Part shown: positions 49,661-63,241 of the stretch, piece after piece
How positions within the stretch are numbered: position 1 is the first letter of the stretch
How the letters are laid out: each line of letters begins with the position of its first letter
Assembly: GCA_951406725.2 (NCBI GenBank)
Contig: OX597814.1
Coordinates: forward strand, 174,902,001 to 174,966,000
Direction: 5' to 3'
Length of the DNA stretch: 64,000 nucleotides
Source: Octopus vulgaris
Taxonomy: Eukaryota
Translations under genes and position numbers: made by a program
Notes under the pieces: model-generated
The model's input: only the letters and a program-made list of their open reading frames with translations
What the model was told of the DNA's origin: nothing
Database searches by the model: none

Positions 49661-52076
49661 GATATATGTATATATGTTTATATTCGTTGGAGCTGTTAAC
49701 TGGTCTCCTGCTATTACATATTCATTTAAGTGGACACATAAACATAAGAAACAATAGCAAAGAAGTAAATCATCAGCTCCAAATGAATGAATATATAAGT
49801 TACACAGCGTATGTTCAGTAACTTCCCCCCCTTGATCTATATACACCCAAATGCATATTTAGATATGTGCATGTGTCTACACATAAGTTCTTTTAAAGAA
49901 TGTGTTCTAGTTATGTTTCAATATCAGCAAGAAACTGTGATCATGTTGTTGTTAGACATGTAAGTCTTTCATGCAACTGAATTGTTACAGCTTTCCTATT
50001 AAGGTGAAACAGGCAGTGCAATAGTTATTGAAAGATTTGAACCTATCTCACCACATTAAGTAAAGGATAATCTTGTTTTCACTGTAATCATGTCTGCTTT
50101 GCTTTACAGTCAACTTTTTCAGAGACCGATTTTTTTTTCTTCATATATGGAAATTTATATAATAATTTTTTCTAATTTTGGTACAAGGTGAGCAACCGAA
50201 GAGAGGGGCAAGTTGACTACACTGATCCCAGTGATTTACTGGTAATTTTGACTCTCAAAAGATGAAAAGCAAAGTTGATCTCGATGATTTTTGCTCACAG
50301 AACATAAAAGTGCTAAGTGTTTTGTCTCGTACTGTAATGATTCTGCCAGCTGGCCACCTTGCTGCTGCTGCTGATAATAATAATAATAATAATTTCAAAT
50401 TTAGGCGCAAATTGATAAAATAAGTACAAGTTTTGTACTTTGAGGATGAGAGAAGGTAGGGTCGATGTAACTGACTTCTCCTCCCTGCCTTCTAAAACTG
50501 CTGGCCCTGTGCCAAAATTTGAAATTATTATTATTATTATTATCATCATCATCACCAAAAACTGTCTTTGGATCTATTTGTGTCATATTCCTGGAAAATA
50601 ACTTCTATTTATTCATGCCAGACCATCCCTAAATGCAACTGAAATTTTTAAGGTAAAAATAGTCTTTTTCTGCCAGAAAATAGATATATTTATTTAGTGC
50701 TGTGGCAGTTGTTTATAGGACTGAATGTCCTTCATACTGGTAGCTACTTGATTGTGAGGCAACAGTAAAAAATGTCAGTATCATCAGCCTGGTAAACTAA
50801 CGCAAGTAGTGTTATACATGCTAGTCAAAGGACATCACAATGACTGTCGTAAGGTCTGAATTCATGGCTTTATGGTTAGCATTCCTTCACAATAAAGGTA
50901 TTGTTACTGTGATTCTGTTTTCACTAATAGTTTTACACTCAGAACTGGACGATTTAAAAAAAAAAAAATTCAAATCTTTGCATATTGTTGGAGTAAGTAT
51001 TCTAATAGCAAAGTGTGCATGTAACTGTTAATCAGCCAACTGTAAAGTAAGAATGTAACTTGTGTCAGTCAGTCAGGTTTAGAAGGATTATGCACAGATT
51101 ATTTATTGGCTGTAGTAAATTTTGAACTCATGACTATGTGGTCAGTAATGCAGCACCTACTTTAACTCTTTTGATTCCAACCTGTCTGAAACTTCCTTTG
51201 GTCCTATGATAGAAAGATTTGTTTTGAAGTGGTTTAAGTTAAAACTGTCCATCAAAATTTCATGTTAAATTATGTTCCAAACACTAGCGTAATAATGAGA
51301 AAAGTTATTTTACAAAATTCCTTCTTTATATTTGAAATTAATAGAAACAAAGACAGTGTATTTCAGTATTTCAATAAAAATATGATAATAAAAGGTCTAA
51401 AGCACTGCAGTAGAGGTTAATATCCAAAAACATATGGCTTTTACAAATTATTAATATCTTTTGTTTAACGTGTTGAATAAATTCTAACATGGTTATAACG
51501 TTTAACGTTGCATTACAGCATAGCATGGGGGGGATAGCAGTTTGATTACTGACCAAGAAGACATGGTCTCAAACTTTGCTTTATAACATAATATTGTATT
51601 TTTAAGCAAGGTACATTATTTCGAGTTACTGTTAGCTGTTAATTAATGGAGATTGATTAAAAGTTTTTTGTACTGAAACAGGGTACCAACTTAAAGATGT
51701 CAAAGATATATGTTCTATAATTACAAAGTCATGGTATATTGTTAAAAAAAAAAAAAGGGCGATGATGAGGAATTGTTGAAGGATATGATGATGTGTTATT
51801 GTAGGAGGACATGGTGATGTGGGATTGTGGGAGGATATGGTGATGTGCAAATAGAATGGTTATTCAGCATTCTACAGGATGGGGGTCAAGTGAAATTGTA
51901 GAGTGGACAGAGTGGTGTCATGCAATTTCAGAAAGAGATCAATTGCTGAGAAGGAAGGGCAACGATGTGGCATTGTAGAGATATAGCTATGTTGTGGCAT
52001 TGCAGAGATGGTAGAGTAATGTTGAGAGAATATGGTTCATTGAGGTGGAGATTACATTGTTTGATACCATACATAC

Positions 52077-52182
52077 CAAGGAAATAAATTCCATTGTCAT
52101 CAAGCCTTTCTAGGGAACACCGTACAGCTTTTGGTAAATAGTCTTCAACCAATTCGTCTGATATTGATTCATCAATATGATG
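52077..52182 (-). CDS. SEC24C: SEC24C/D exon
   Basis: 106 nt, HHIDESISDELVEDYLPKAVRCSLERLDDNGIYFL; G|GTatgt donor. Confidence 0.92.
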
Positions 52183-55100
52183 CTGGAAAACAAAAATAAC
52201 ATTTATTTGAAACTACTACCTGGAGGAAAGGAAATTAAATCAACCAAAAGACTGAAATTAAACAGTAAGAAACACTATTTCTATTCATTGCCAAACAAAA
52301 CTGCACGTCAATTTGAGATAGTTAAGGTTTCAGGTTGAAAACTAAAGCAAAAAAATGACCCCTTTTGAAGAATTGAGAGATTTACTGAAGCAATTAACAT
52401 CAGAAGAAAAAAACCTTCAACCATGGAAATATAAAGAATACTGTTACCATTTGATCAATAAAAATAAATAAGAAAATTCACTGTAAGATGAAAACCATGT
52501 TCTTAAAATGTTAGCACAAGATTTTGTTTTATTATGGTTAGATAAGCTGGAAAATAGTGGTACAAGCAAGGAATAACTTTTAGTATCTAATCTGTGGTAC
52601 CGTAGTTGTAAGGTTAAGGACTTTGGTTATTTCTGTAGGCACTTAAAGTTAATTTTTGGTAATACTGTAGAACATCAGGCTTTTTCATATTTGACTGAAG
52701 AAAGAACCAAGTAAAAGATGTATATCTCACATTTTATATGGATCTTGGGGACTGATTTGAAGAAATATTTAATTAGGGAGTATGTTTACTGTTGGAGAGT
52801 GAGTATGTATTTGAAGTAATATACTATTGTGAATGGTTGTGACTTTGATGCCAATAATCACTGTGAGGTATTTGATTCATGACTGCTTTCATTGTTTAGT
52901 AACTCAATGCTGAGTTCTATTTCTGTTGTATACGGTGTACCCATGTTTTCTTTAAATCTGTCTTGTTTTTATGAGGTTGAGTGTTGCATTAGTTTATGAT
53001 ATTATTTAGTGAAATTGGTGTGCTATAGTTTCTATATTGTGACTGAATTAGTCACTTGTTGGAAATAGCTCCACTGGGCTTTTTTAACGTTTGTAAAGTT
53101 GTTTTTTTTGTTCACTGATATATAATGATGGGCAAGTTTAAAGATGAAATTTTATAGAGGTTTACCATGTGGTTGTAATAGGTGTATGGAAGTGAAAAAG
53201 GTAGATGGATAGAAGCTACTGCAGTTAGTTTAGTAAGCTATATTAATGTTAGTGTAGGTTGTTTAGGATATACAGATAGTTTAGTTTGATATTATTGAGT
53301 CATCTTGTGTGTTTCCTGTAATGTGTTGTACAATAGAACTTTTGCCAGCAGTACAAAAAAATAGCACCCAGTACACACTGTAAAGTAATTTTTATCCTCA
53401 CTTAAACGTGGATGTTTTGGCAGGGAGATGAGTCACTGCTTTCTCTAGCAGTCAAGTGTCCATCATTGACAAGATCAAGGAAGGTCGAAATCATATGATC
53501 TGGTGGTCTCAGAGCTAGAGGTGACAGGGATTTATCTCCCTGCTAGCAATATAAAGAAGAGTGCATTTTGCATCAAAAGTCAACATGAGAGTTTCTGTGA
53601 TGGTATCTACTGCAATATAGTTTATTCTAAAAGAACATTTACGTTTAAGTGGGGATGAATATTATCTCTCAGCATTAATGCTATCTTCTGTTGCTAATAT
53701 ATATTTTTTAACAAGCACGCTGTAAAGTTATTGGCATTAGGAAAAGCTATAAAATGCAAACCAAAGCTGATATTGGAGCACAACACAGCCTTGTAACTTA
53801 TTGGAACCACTTAAGCTGTCCAACCCATGGGTGTGTAATGTAGCAGAATGCATTCCTTTATTATACTAGTGAGTTTTATGTTGCTGGTTTTGTCTTTAAT
53901 ACATACATTCAAATGTGTTATATTTGTGGAAATCTTTTTAGTGGATTCTATATGTGTTATAGAACTTTCAATTTAGCTTTAGATTCCAAAGAATTTTGAC
54001 AGCACAATTTATGTGGACACATTGGCATCCTTTTTGTCTCGGGAGACAATGGAGTTGCGCATAAAATAGTCTAGTCCAGCTTTTACATTTCATGTCCTAA
54101 TAACACTCAGAAGCTAATCACAATCAAACAAAAACTGTACAAGAATTTCTTTCCTTCAAAATAACAAAACATTGAGAGAATGAATATTAGAAGTATCATA
54201 AATTAAAGTATCCCAGCTTATTGGAGTTTAAACACAAGATTGAGAAGACCCTGTTTTGGGGTTCTAGCTTTACTTTTCCGTTTTTGTTTTTTCAATTATT
54301 GCAAAAGGGATGTAGTGCGTTAAGTATTTTTAACTTACTGAAAGTCACTGGTATAAGATTGCAGCTTGTTTAGCTATGTTTGTGTAACTGTTATGATATT
54401 TTTGATGGCTTCATCAGCTGAGGAAAACAACTCCTATGATATATCATTCCTTCTTATAAAAGTTTAAGATGTATAAAGAATAAAGTGTTTTGAATGGCAC
54501 AACAATGCACTATAATAACAACGATGGACTATAATAACTGTTATAATTTAATTATCCATAGTCTGATATAATATTTTGGAATATAAAAATTCCTTCTTCA
54601 GATGTCGCTAGGAAGTGATGGAGTTGCTGCTATAATTGGTTTTCTAACGGCTTTTTTTTTTAATTAATTTTTTTTTTTTTACTTTGTGTGGTGTTTGATT
54701 CATATGTCTTTTCATTGTTTAGTAACTTATCCAGGGATACAGGCATCCAGCAACAGGACCTCCGTAATGCTATGATGGACGGTGAAGTCTGGCGTAACAC
54801 AGTAAATTCCATTGTCTTGACCACGGTTGAACAATGATGATGATATTATACACAAGCACATAAACCCCCTTCCACATAGTTGCTGTCAACTGAATGTCAT
54901 TCAAAATTATTATTCAACCATTGGTTCTGACAGAAAACACTTGGCCAAGATACTGCACAGTGGGATTAAAATCAGAATCACATGTTTACAAAGCAAACTA
55001 TCTAACCACATTCAGTACATACTATTTGCAAGTGTGTGAAGTCTGGTGCTTGGATATTTCTACTTTTACCATTTTCTTTTTGTTTGGTTTGTGCAGAGTC

Positions 55101-55419
55101 TTCATCATCTCATGTTTGGTGTTATACTGTCAATTTTTTACCATTTGCATATTGTGCTTAACATTGCATACTGTTGTTAAAATCGAATTACTGAAGATGG
55201 TAGCAAGTCACTTGAGAGACATTTGGCTGCTAATAGTTGCAGATCAAGTGATTGCATAAGAGGATAGTTTTTGGGTTCAATTTAGAAAATATTAATGTAA
55301 ATCATGGCTAGTAAATTAATTAAGAACATTAGTACAGAATATCAAATGCTTAAGAGTGTAAAATAAAATATTGTAACAGACTGAATAAAGGATATAGCAA
55401 TTGGTCATAGTTAACTTAC

Positions 55420-55523
55420 CAGAGGAAGAAGTCGGGGGTAGAAAAATACATTAGTTGATTTAACATCCATTGCATTTAACAACAACAAGCAGTAACTTCT
55501 ATCATCTGTTGGAACTTCAGAGC
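55420..55523 (-). CDS. SEC24C: SEC24C/D exon
   Basis: 104 nt, (G)SEVPTDDRSYCLLLLNAMDVKSTNVFFYPRLLPL; TDDR and FFYPRLLPL motifs; CTG|GTaagt. Confidence 0.95.
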
Positions 55524-56399
55524 CTGTCAGAAAATGAATAGTCACATTAGTACTTTATTACCACAATAATATTGATCTAACTGAAAACTAAACAGGCTCT
55601 AAGTGAATCTTCATATGTGGAATTGAATGCAAGCCAAAAATGAACGCTTTCTGTTATATGTTCAATGTATCTAAATATTTTATTTCATATCCTGGCAGAG
55701 TTGATCTTAAGGACAATGGGAGAAAATCTGACAAAACAAGTACAATTAATATACACAAGATTTATTCTGCTCAATATGTCTTTTCCTTACATAAATTATC
55801 TTTGTGTATATTCAAAGGTCATTCTCGTAAAGTCACAAATTTCTATAATTCAAGGTGATTTATGTTTCTGTACTAGGTTTGCAAGATTCTTGATGTGAAA
55901 TAGTATGTTGAAACAGATTTTGTTGTACCTTGAGAAGGTAATATTGCTGATAACAAATACACATACATTGGTTCTAATTCACTTCTTTCATTATTTTAAG
56001 TCAATTTGTAAACCAATTTACTAATGAACTGTTAGATTAATCATATCATTGATGAGGTCACAAATATTGACAAAAGGACTATGATGGACCTAGCTGATTG
56101 ATTGAGTGATTGAATGATTAATCAAACAATTGATCAGTTAGTTGGTTAAATGGCTAACTAATTAACTAATAGTAATAAAAGAAGTGTATATGCTTATCAA
56201 TGGCATAATGTCCTTTCCAAGCAAGATACAACAAAAAAATTTACTTTTTTTCTCTTTTTCATTTTCACACATTCCATTCTTCATGCTGATGTGTGTAGAC
56301 TGATTGAGAAAAATATGTTATTTTTTCATGAATTGTTTTGTTTTTCTCAAGTCTGGATGTCCTTTCTAATGCCATTCATTCACCTATCTTCTCTGCTCA

Positions 56400-57100
56400 C
56401 TTTTCCTGGAAGGGGCACAGGGACGGAGTCATCAGGTACCTTCTTCATAAGATTTTATTAGAAGTTATTCTGGATTCCCAAATGTGACTAACTGAGTCTT
56501 TGGATGTTATTCACTCATCTCATTCTTGGTTAACTCTCAAGGTCTCAAACTGAATAGCTTGGTTTAAAGAATCCATCAAGTGATTCTTTCCTGCAACATC
56601 CTAATCACATGTCCACAGTACTGAAACTGTAACATTTCAGTTTAGAAAAGTAGCAGTTCAACCTGGAGACACTCCCTGATCTCCAGCCTATACATCCCAC
56701 TGGGTAATGTTACTCCCCTTCAAGGGAGCCTCATTTTGGTTGCTTGTGTTTATAATCATACTCTTTTGGTCATTACTCAACGTTTATGATCATAGATGAA
56801 ATAGGATCAAAAGCTGAATTGAAGATACTAGGTTTGGTTTTTTTTAACCAACCTCTTCTCTTCTGGGGATCAAATGCCGGAGCAGGCACATTACTGTGCC
56901 AGCACCTGCAATTTGAGCACCCAATTCAGCCTACAGCCTCCCATCACTTGTGAATATAGCCCCTAGTTACTTAAACTTGTCTCAGTGATATTCCACTAAT
57001 ATGCTGAGTGGGAGGACTATCTAATGCCATTTTTATCTTAATGACAGAGGTTTCCATTATCAGCTGCATAACAAAAGTAATTAGTGTTTCAAAAAAAGTG
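56400..57100 (-). mobile_element. RTE-like LINE C-terminal remnant (different subfamily)
   Basis: Reverse translation gives RLEIRECLQVELLL and QYCGHVIRMLQERIT, cf. RTE EIRESLQVEPLL...WYGHVxRM. Confidence 0.65.
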
Positions 57101-57803
57101 CACTACTTAAAAAAACACGAACCTTTAACAGACTGAACAATAGGCTCATTATCTAGACACAATGGCTCACAATGTTATATTTAAAATATGTTAATTTACT
57201 TTCAACAATAGAGACATAAAGACTGAGTAGACTAGACTTTTGAGTTTACATTTACACAGAAATGATGATGTTTATCCAGTTGACATACTTAACTAATTTC
57301 TTACTGCTTCAATCTAAACCAATGCAGTAAAGCCATGCTGTCATATAATACATAGCAGTAAATGTAACATGGCCCAGAGCAGACATCCAATTTGAAATTT
57401 TGGGTTCATTTCCTTGTGTTCCATTTCTTCTCGGACAATCTAGCTCAACCATGGTTGATCAAAGTCAATCAATGATCTAAACATTATTTATTTGGTAAAA
57501 TATATAAAAAATTTTGTAAAAGAAGATATACAACCACTTATAGGTAAACAAAATTTAGCTCAATTATAACATTATAGATTTCTCACACTAGTAAAACCAC
57601 AATCTGTAGGTGAGAGGTACAGCTAATTAAACTTATCTCAGTAAATGACTGATACATGTTTTATCAGTCTTGGAGGGATGAAAAACAAAGTCAACTTTGG
57701 CAGGATTTAAAATTAAAAGGTAGGCTGACAAAATTAAATACTTTTAACCCAGCTCCCTACCAATTAACATATTAATTAATTTGAATAATAACAATAATAA
57801 TAA

Positions 57804-58357
57804 TATGCCCTGATGCAGTACCAGACAGTGGCTCTCATGGCTTCTGATCTTAACTGATTGGAAGTGTTATGTACATTGTTTTGTCTTGGTATAAAAGATG
57901 AGCTACAGCAAATATTCTGCTCAATACCACAGATTTGCTTGTCAGTTGTTTGACATTAACCAGCTGAGCATGTCCTTTAGTGGCTGACGATATGTGCATC
58001 TCTGATCACGAGCAGAAGTAGTGAGGGAGCATCATAGCTGTGTGTTGAAAGGAATTCTTGGAGGTTTAGATAATTCACCTTTGGAAACATGGGTGGTTCA
58101 TTCAACATCCTTAAGCAATCCTTATTCAGGGACCTTTTGAGCGGGATGGGCTACTCGACAAGAAGAAAATTCTAACTGGGCCCCACCTGCAAGGTCATGA
58201 GCTGTTTATCTTGATATGAGATCACCATGTCGCACATATTTGGTTGTGATGCATGTGCCTGGTGTACCCTTATCAGATGGGTATACTGGGCTTCATATAT
58301 TTTGCCCGTGTCACTTTGATGGAATGCACTGCTCTCTCACTCAATAATAATAATAAT
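57804..58357. mobile_element. Interspersed repeat flanked by (AAT)n on both sides (retroposon 3' UTR-like)
   Basis: Sharp GC-richer block bounded by AATAATAAT runs; no ORF. Confidence 0.45.
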
Positions 58358-58470
58358 GGCGGTGATGGCCTAACATAACCATGGCCCCGAAATTAGTATA
58401 TGAGTAACCTATATATGCATTGCTTGAAATTAAGACACTAAATGTACTACTAAAAAAAAAAGTCTCTTAC

Positions 58471-58665
58471 CTCCTTGAATTGCATCGCTTTTGATAACAC
58501 AGTTGGCATAAAGTGGCAATAGTTTCATACATTCTGGTAGAATGAGTTGACCAGCTGAAGATGGGTTTGCACAATTCTTTCGATAACAATGAAGAATATG
58601 AGCTACTTGGTTGGCCATGTTCTCATGGACTAGTTTTGGCGTGCTGTTCAAGATGTTTCTTATTG
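58471..58665 (-). CDS. SEC24C: SEC24C/D exon (helical domain)
   Basis: 195 nt, ...ILHCYRKNCANPSSAGQLILPECMKLLPLYANCVIKSDAIQG; Sec24C/D signature YRKNCAxPSSAGQLILPECMKLLP. Confidence 0.96.
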
Positions 58666-58790
58666 CTGCAATAATTCATGAAACATGAAAATATAGTGTA
58701 AATTGGAATTTTAAGAGGACTCTCAGAGTATAACTTTAGGAAAATTGAAAAGGTTATTTGTAAGAAAATTAAGTAACTGAAGTCACTAAC

Positions 58791-58929
58791 CTTGTTTAGC
58801 CATGAAATTTATCAAAGAATCTAATTCGCAATTTCTGAACATATCTGCAAACTGTGTGCAGCAATTTAAAGAAAGATTATGAATTCTTAGTCGTCTAAAG
58901 CCACCAACACTTGTGTATAAAATTGCAAC
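58791..58929 (-). CDS. SEC24C: SEC24C/D exon
   Basis: 139 nt, VAILYTSVGGFRRLRIHNLSLNCCTQFADMFRNCELDSLINFMAKQ; LYTSxxGxRRLRIHNL motif. Confidence 0.96.
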
Positions 58930-59499
58930 CTGAAGAAAAGATAAAAAAAACAAATGTTACATGTATGTGCATGTGTGTGTGTGTGTGTGCATATCCATAC
59001 AAGGGATATGCACACAGATTACTTAATACAAAATATAATGCTTATTTATTCATATTGTTTTAAATAAACCATGCCCTATCTCATAGCTTCAAGATTACAA
59101 TGATGTGATTGTTTATTTTTAGAATGACATTATAGTGTGGTTGTAATAGGCTACAGTTAGCTTGTTTAAATATAAAAAAAGTAGAATATTTGAATATGAC
59201 CAGTTTAAACACTAAAAGGTTAAGTGGATTAAGCATTAAAAATCTTCAATATGGTGAGTCTACATACTGTTCGAATTTCACCTTTAGGTAAAGCACTTAA
59301 TTATTCTTGTCATCTTGATTAAAAACTGAATATACTAGAAATACTGCTGTGTTCCCACTGGATCACTTTCCTGAGATTCAGAAGTAAATTGTTAGTTTAG
59401 GCTATTATCTGTCATCTGAACATCGTTTAACATCCACTTTCCATGCTGTCATGGGTAGGGTGAAAAGTAGACATAAAATGATGTACAATCACATATATT

Positions 59500-59998
59500 T
59501 CTAAAATCAAAATCAATGACTGGCATCCGTGCTAGCGGGGTGCAAAGAGTACCATATGAGTATGATCGTTGACAGAGCGGCTAACCGGCTTCTGTGCCAG
59601 TGGCACATAAAAGGCACCATTTGAGTGTGATCGTCACCCGCGTTGCCTTACTGGCACTTGAGCCCTGTGCTAACAGGCTTCTGTGCCAGTGGCACATAAA
59701 AGGCACCATTCGAGTGTGATCGTTACCAGCATCACCTTACTGGCAACTGTGCCGGTGGCATGTGTAAAAAGATTCGAGCGAGGTCATTGCCAGTACTGCC
59801 TGACTGGCCCCCGTGCCAGTGACACATAAAAGCACCCACTATACTCTCGAAGTGGTTGGCGTTAGGAAGGGCATCCAGCTGTAGAACCTCTGCCAGATCA
59901 AGATTGAGCCTGGTGCAGCCATCTGGTTTGCCAGCCCTCAGTCAAATCGTCCAACCCATGCTAGCATGGAAAGCGGACGTTAAATGATGATGATGATG
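59500..59998 (+). mobile_element. Repeat family B copy with expanded subunit array
   Basis: Duplicated GGCTTCTGTGCCAGTGGCACATAAAAGGCACCATT units; (GAT)n tail. Confidence 0.85.
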
Positions 59999-60889
59999 TT
60001 ACATAGGCTAATGCAATATAGTGTGCACCTATGTCTTCTTTAGACAGATAATAGCCTAAACTAATTTATAGTAACTCTTGAAAACTTTTGACTACATATG
60101 TATTTAAGACATATTAGTACCACTTGAATAGGAAACAACAACCTTCAAAGTCAAAAGGGTAAAAGAGTAAAGAGAAGCACCAGGTTGTATTTAAGTTTGT
60201 ATCTGTGTTTAAAATCCACCAAGGACAATAAAATAATAGTAAATCTGCCCAACTAAAGTGACTACAATATTCTAGCACTTAAAATTCAAATTCAGCTAGA
60301 AAAATCATAAAAACAATTTTTAAACAATAAAGAATCCAAGGAAACTAGAGGAGATCTGCTGGCAAAAATGAGTAAAGTTCAAATCTGTTACCTTAGAATA
60401 CCAATGATTACATCCTGTCTACAGCTCTTGCTTTTTAGGGTTATGATTAATAAAACATTTAAGAGAATATCTCCAGCTAAGAGAAACAATAATAAAATGT
60501 TGGACTCAAATATCAATATTAAAAATATATGGTTATAACTTGCCATGATTTAACCATTATCAACAAGTGTCCATTTAGTTAATGAACATGATACAAGAAA
60601 CAGCAATTAATAAGTATATTCATTCTGGTTTTAAAATATGTATACTATATCTCTGCGTGTTATACAAGAGAACTAAAAAAGTTGGCATCAGGATAGCCAT
60701 TTGGCCATAAAAGATTAACTCAAGAAGTCCTTCTGTCTAATCCATATTAGCAAGGAAATGTGGATATAAAAATGATGATGAATGACGATTTAGCATTCCA
60801 AATATTAATTGCAACGTCAGTTAGAAGGTCCGTCCTTTACAGCACAAGTGTTAAGGCATACACCCTGGTGAAGAGGATTGGCCTCCAAG

Positions 60890-61078
60890 AGTTGCGTGCT
60901 TGTGCCATGTAAAAGCACCCAGATAACATGTGAAGTGGTTGGCATTAGGAAGAGCATCCAGCTGTAGAAACCAGGCTAAATCAGACTGGAGTCTGGTGCA
61001 GCTCTTCAGCTTGCCAGCTCTGGTCAAATTGTCCAACCCATGCAATAGTATGGAAAACAGATGTTAAATGATGATTAT
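60890..61078 (+). mobile_element. Repeat family B copy (short, diverged)
   Basis: AAAGCACCCA...GCATCCAGCTGTAGAAACC...CCAACCCATGC...GTTAAATGATGAT. Confidence 0.7.
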
Positions 61079-61130
61079 GACTTTAGATGAATTCCTTGTT
61101 ACTTCTCAAATTAGAAGGCAATGCCTTTAC

Positions 61131-61276
61131 CTGAATATATGCTCCATCAGCTGGGTCCAGTTTATCATCATGCTTTATTTCAACAGATATGGACTGGTCA
61201 CTGTCAATTGCAGACAATTCTACATCTGTGGCATTTGTCATGTAGAAATTACCAAAGAAATCAACTGGTCTGATAC
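61131..61276 (-). CDS. SEC24C: SEC24C/D exon (beta-sandwich)
   Basis: 146 nt, (G)IRPVDFFGNFYMTNATDVELSAIDSDQSISVEIKHDDKLDPADGAYIQ. Confidence 0.96.
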
Positions 61277-61852
61277 CTGGCAAAAATATTTCATACATTG
61301 TCTTAGTGGTATTAAATAATGAAAACATATGAGGAAAATAGCAAACAAACTTTTAGATTTTGAGTATGGTTGAGTCTGCTTCCCAACCATATGGTTTTGA
61401 GTTCAGACCCAATGCATGGCTCCTAGGTAAGTTCACTTCTACTACAGCCTCAGGCCATCAAAAGGTTTGTGGGTGGATTCAGTAGACAGATACCAAAAGA
61501 CTATCACACATAAATATGAGTGTGTGTATGTGTGTGTGTGTATTTGTGATCACTTGTACGAAAGTGTGACAGGTGGTATTATGATCAGTTTCTCCTGTCA
61601 ACCAACCATCTGGTCACCTTACACCTTCAAGGCCATGTAATAGGTAAGGATTAGCATCAGGTAGAACATCCAAGCATAAAACAATACCTTAAACAACAGA
61701 TTCATCCAACTCTTACAAAGCACAAAAAAAGAAAACATGGAAAATGAATGAATACTATAAAGAATTTGACAGGATTTTGAAAATTGTTTTCAACAGTTCT
61801 TGTGAAAGAAAAATAATAGGAACAAAAAAAAAAATCTCTGCAGAAACTGTAC

Positions 61853-61949
61853 CTGTGCTAGTTCTTACTCGAATAATTGCATCAAATGCAGCAATTTGAC
61901 AGACATTTCTCTTTAAGTCATTCATGAATCTTTCTCCATCCTGCTCAGC
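61853..61949 (-). CDS. SEC24C: SEC24C/D exon
   Basis: 97 nt, AEQDGERFMNDLKRNVCQIAAFDAIIRVRTST(G); FDAxxRVRTSTG motif. Confidence 0.95.
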
Positions 61950-63070
61950 CTTCAAAAATAAAGCAAGAAACGGTAATTAGGCTTTCAATAATCTCACTTT
62001 TAAAAGTTTTAGAATTAAAAAGAAATAAATAGCAGCAATTTTTACAAAAGGTTTTAAAAGTTCTGAATTTAGAAGAATAATTGCAAAATATGAAAAATTT
62101 TGTCACAAATGTAGAGGGGACAAAAATGAAGATCTGTGAAATTACAGCTGTGTGTAACTCATTAACTTTACAGAGAATACAACAAAAAAAAAAAACAAAA
62201 ACAAATTAGAGATAAGATACGTCTAAGAGTGACTCATATCTAGTGATGGAAGGCTTCTAATAAAAATTATGATAAAAATAAAGCCAAATCATGGAAACAA
62301 AACAAGTTTTAATATAAAGAGGAAAGGATGAGATGTTTACTCTGCCAGCCTATTGAAAGTACCATACCTAGAAGTCTTGATATTGTTTCATTTATTCAAA
62401 AATCTAAACTTTGTGAGTCATTAATTGTATTTTTGGATTAATGAAAATGGACAGTAAACAAAAACTTAAATGGACAAATCTATCAAAGATATTACATATG
62501 TTAGTGTCATAGATATTGTTGCTGCTTATTTAGAAACAAAGATTCCTAGTTTGAATCTGGCTTGGCATGACATATATATTCAGGAATAAGACATGGCAAT
62601 TAAATGACTGAAATATGCTCAAACATTAAGGTCATTCCACAGCTTTATGTACTTAATAATATCAAGAAGAACGTTAACTGTACTAATTTGACTTGTCCAG
62701 GAGGGCCTGTGAAGGCCAGAATTACTGCCTCTTCCTTCAAATACAACAAAAAAAAAAAAAGTATCAACATTTTCTATCAAGTTAACATTTGTAATGATAC
62801 AAAAACACATGCCATATAGAATACTGTCTTATTTATGTTGTGCTAACAAAATGTGCACATAAGTTATTGGTGACAAAAGACCAGAACTGTTGTATTAGTA
62901 TATATTATTTTATAAAAGTAATGAGGGTAAAGTACATATATAAAATGCAATGCAATAAAAATACTTCAGACATAGACCCGTCCAACCCATGCTAGTATGG
63001 AAAGCGGACGCTAAATGATGATGATGATGATGATAGACGTGAAAGCATAATCCTTAGCAAAACTGCTTAC

Positions 63071-63241
63071 CTGGAAATAACTGTACTTGTACATGTTGCC
63101 ACCAGTAAGACGACACAGCTCACCAACAGTAGCTATATCAACATAAGAATTAGGGAACATGAACAGATCAACACTACAACCAGCTGCAACACATTGTTGT
63201 CCAAGTTTGGTGTAGAAGTTCCCTTGAGGAGTGAGAAGTGT
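63071..63241 (-). CDS. SEC24C: SEC24C/D exon (trunk/vWA domain end; upstream exons lie beyond the window)
   Basis: 171 nt, TLLTPQGNFYTKLGQQCVAAGCSVDLFMFPNSYVDIATVGELCRLTGGNMYKYSYFQ; CAG|GTaagc. Confidence 0.96.

Noticed and set aside
59500-59998. CRISPR-like repeat/spacer look of family-B subunit arrays
   Set aside because: Eukaryotic intron, no cas genes, spacers are related to each other, and the array is part of a dispersed (GAT)n-tailed retroposon
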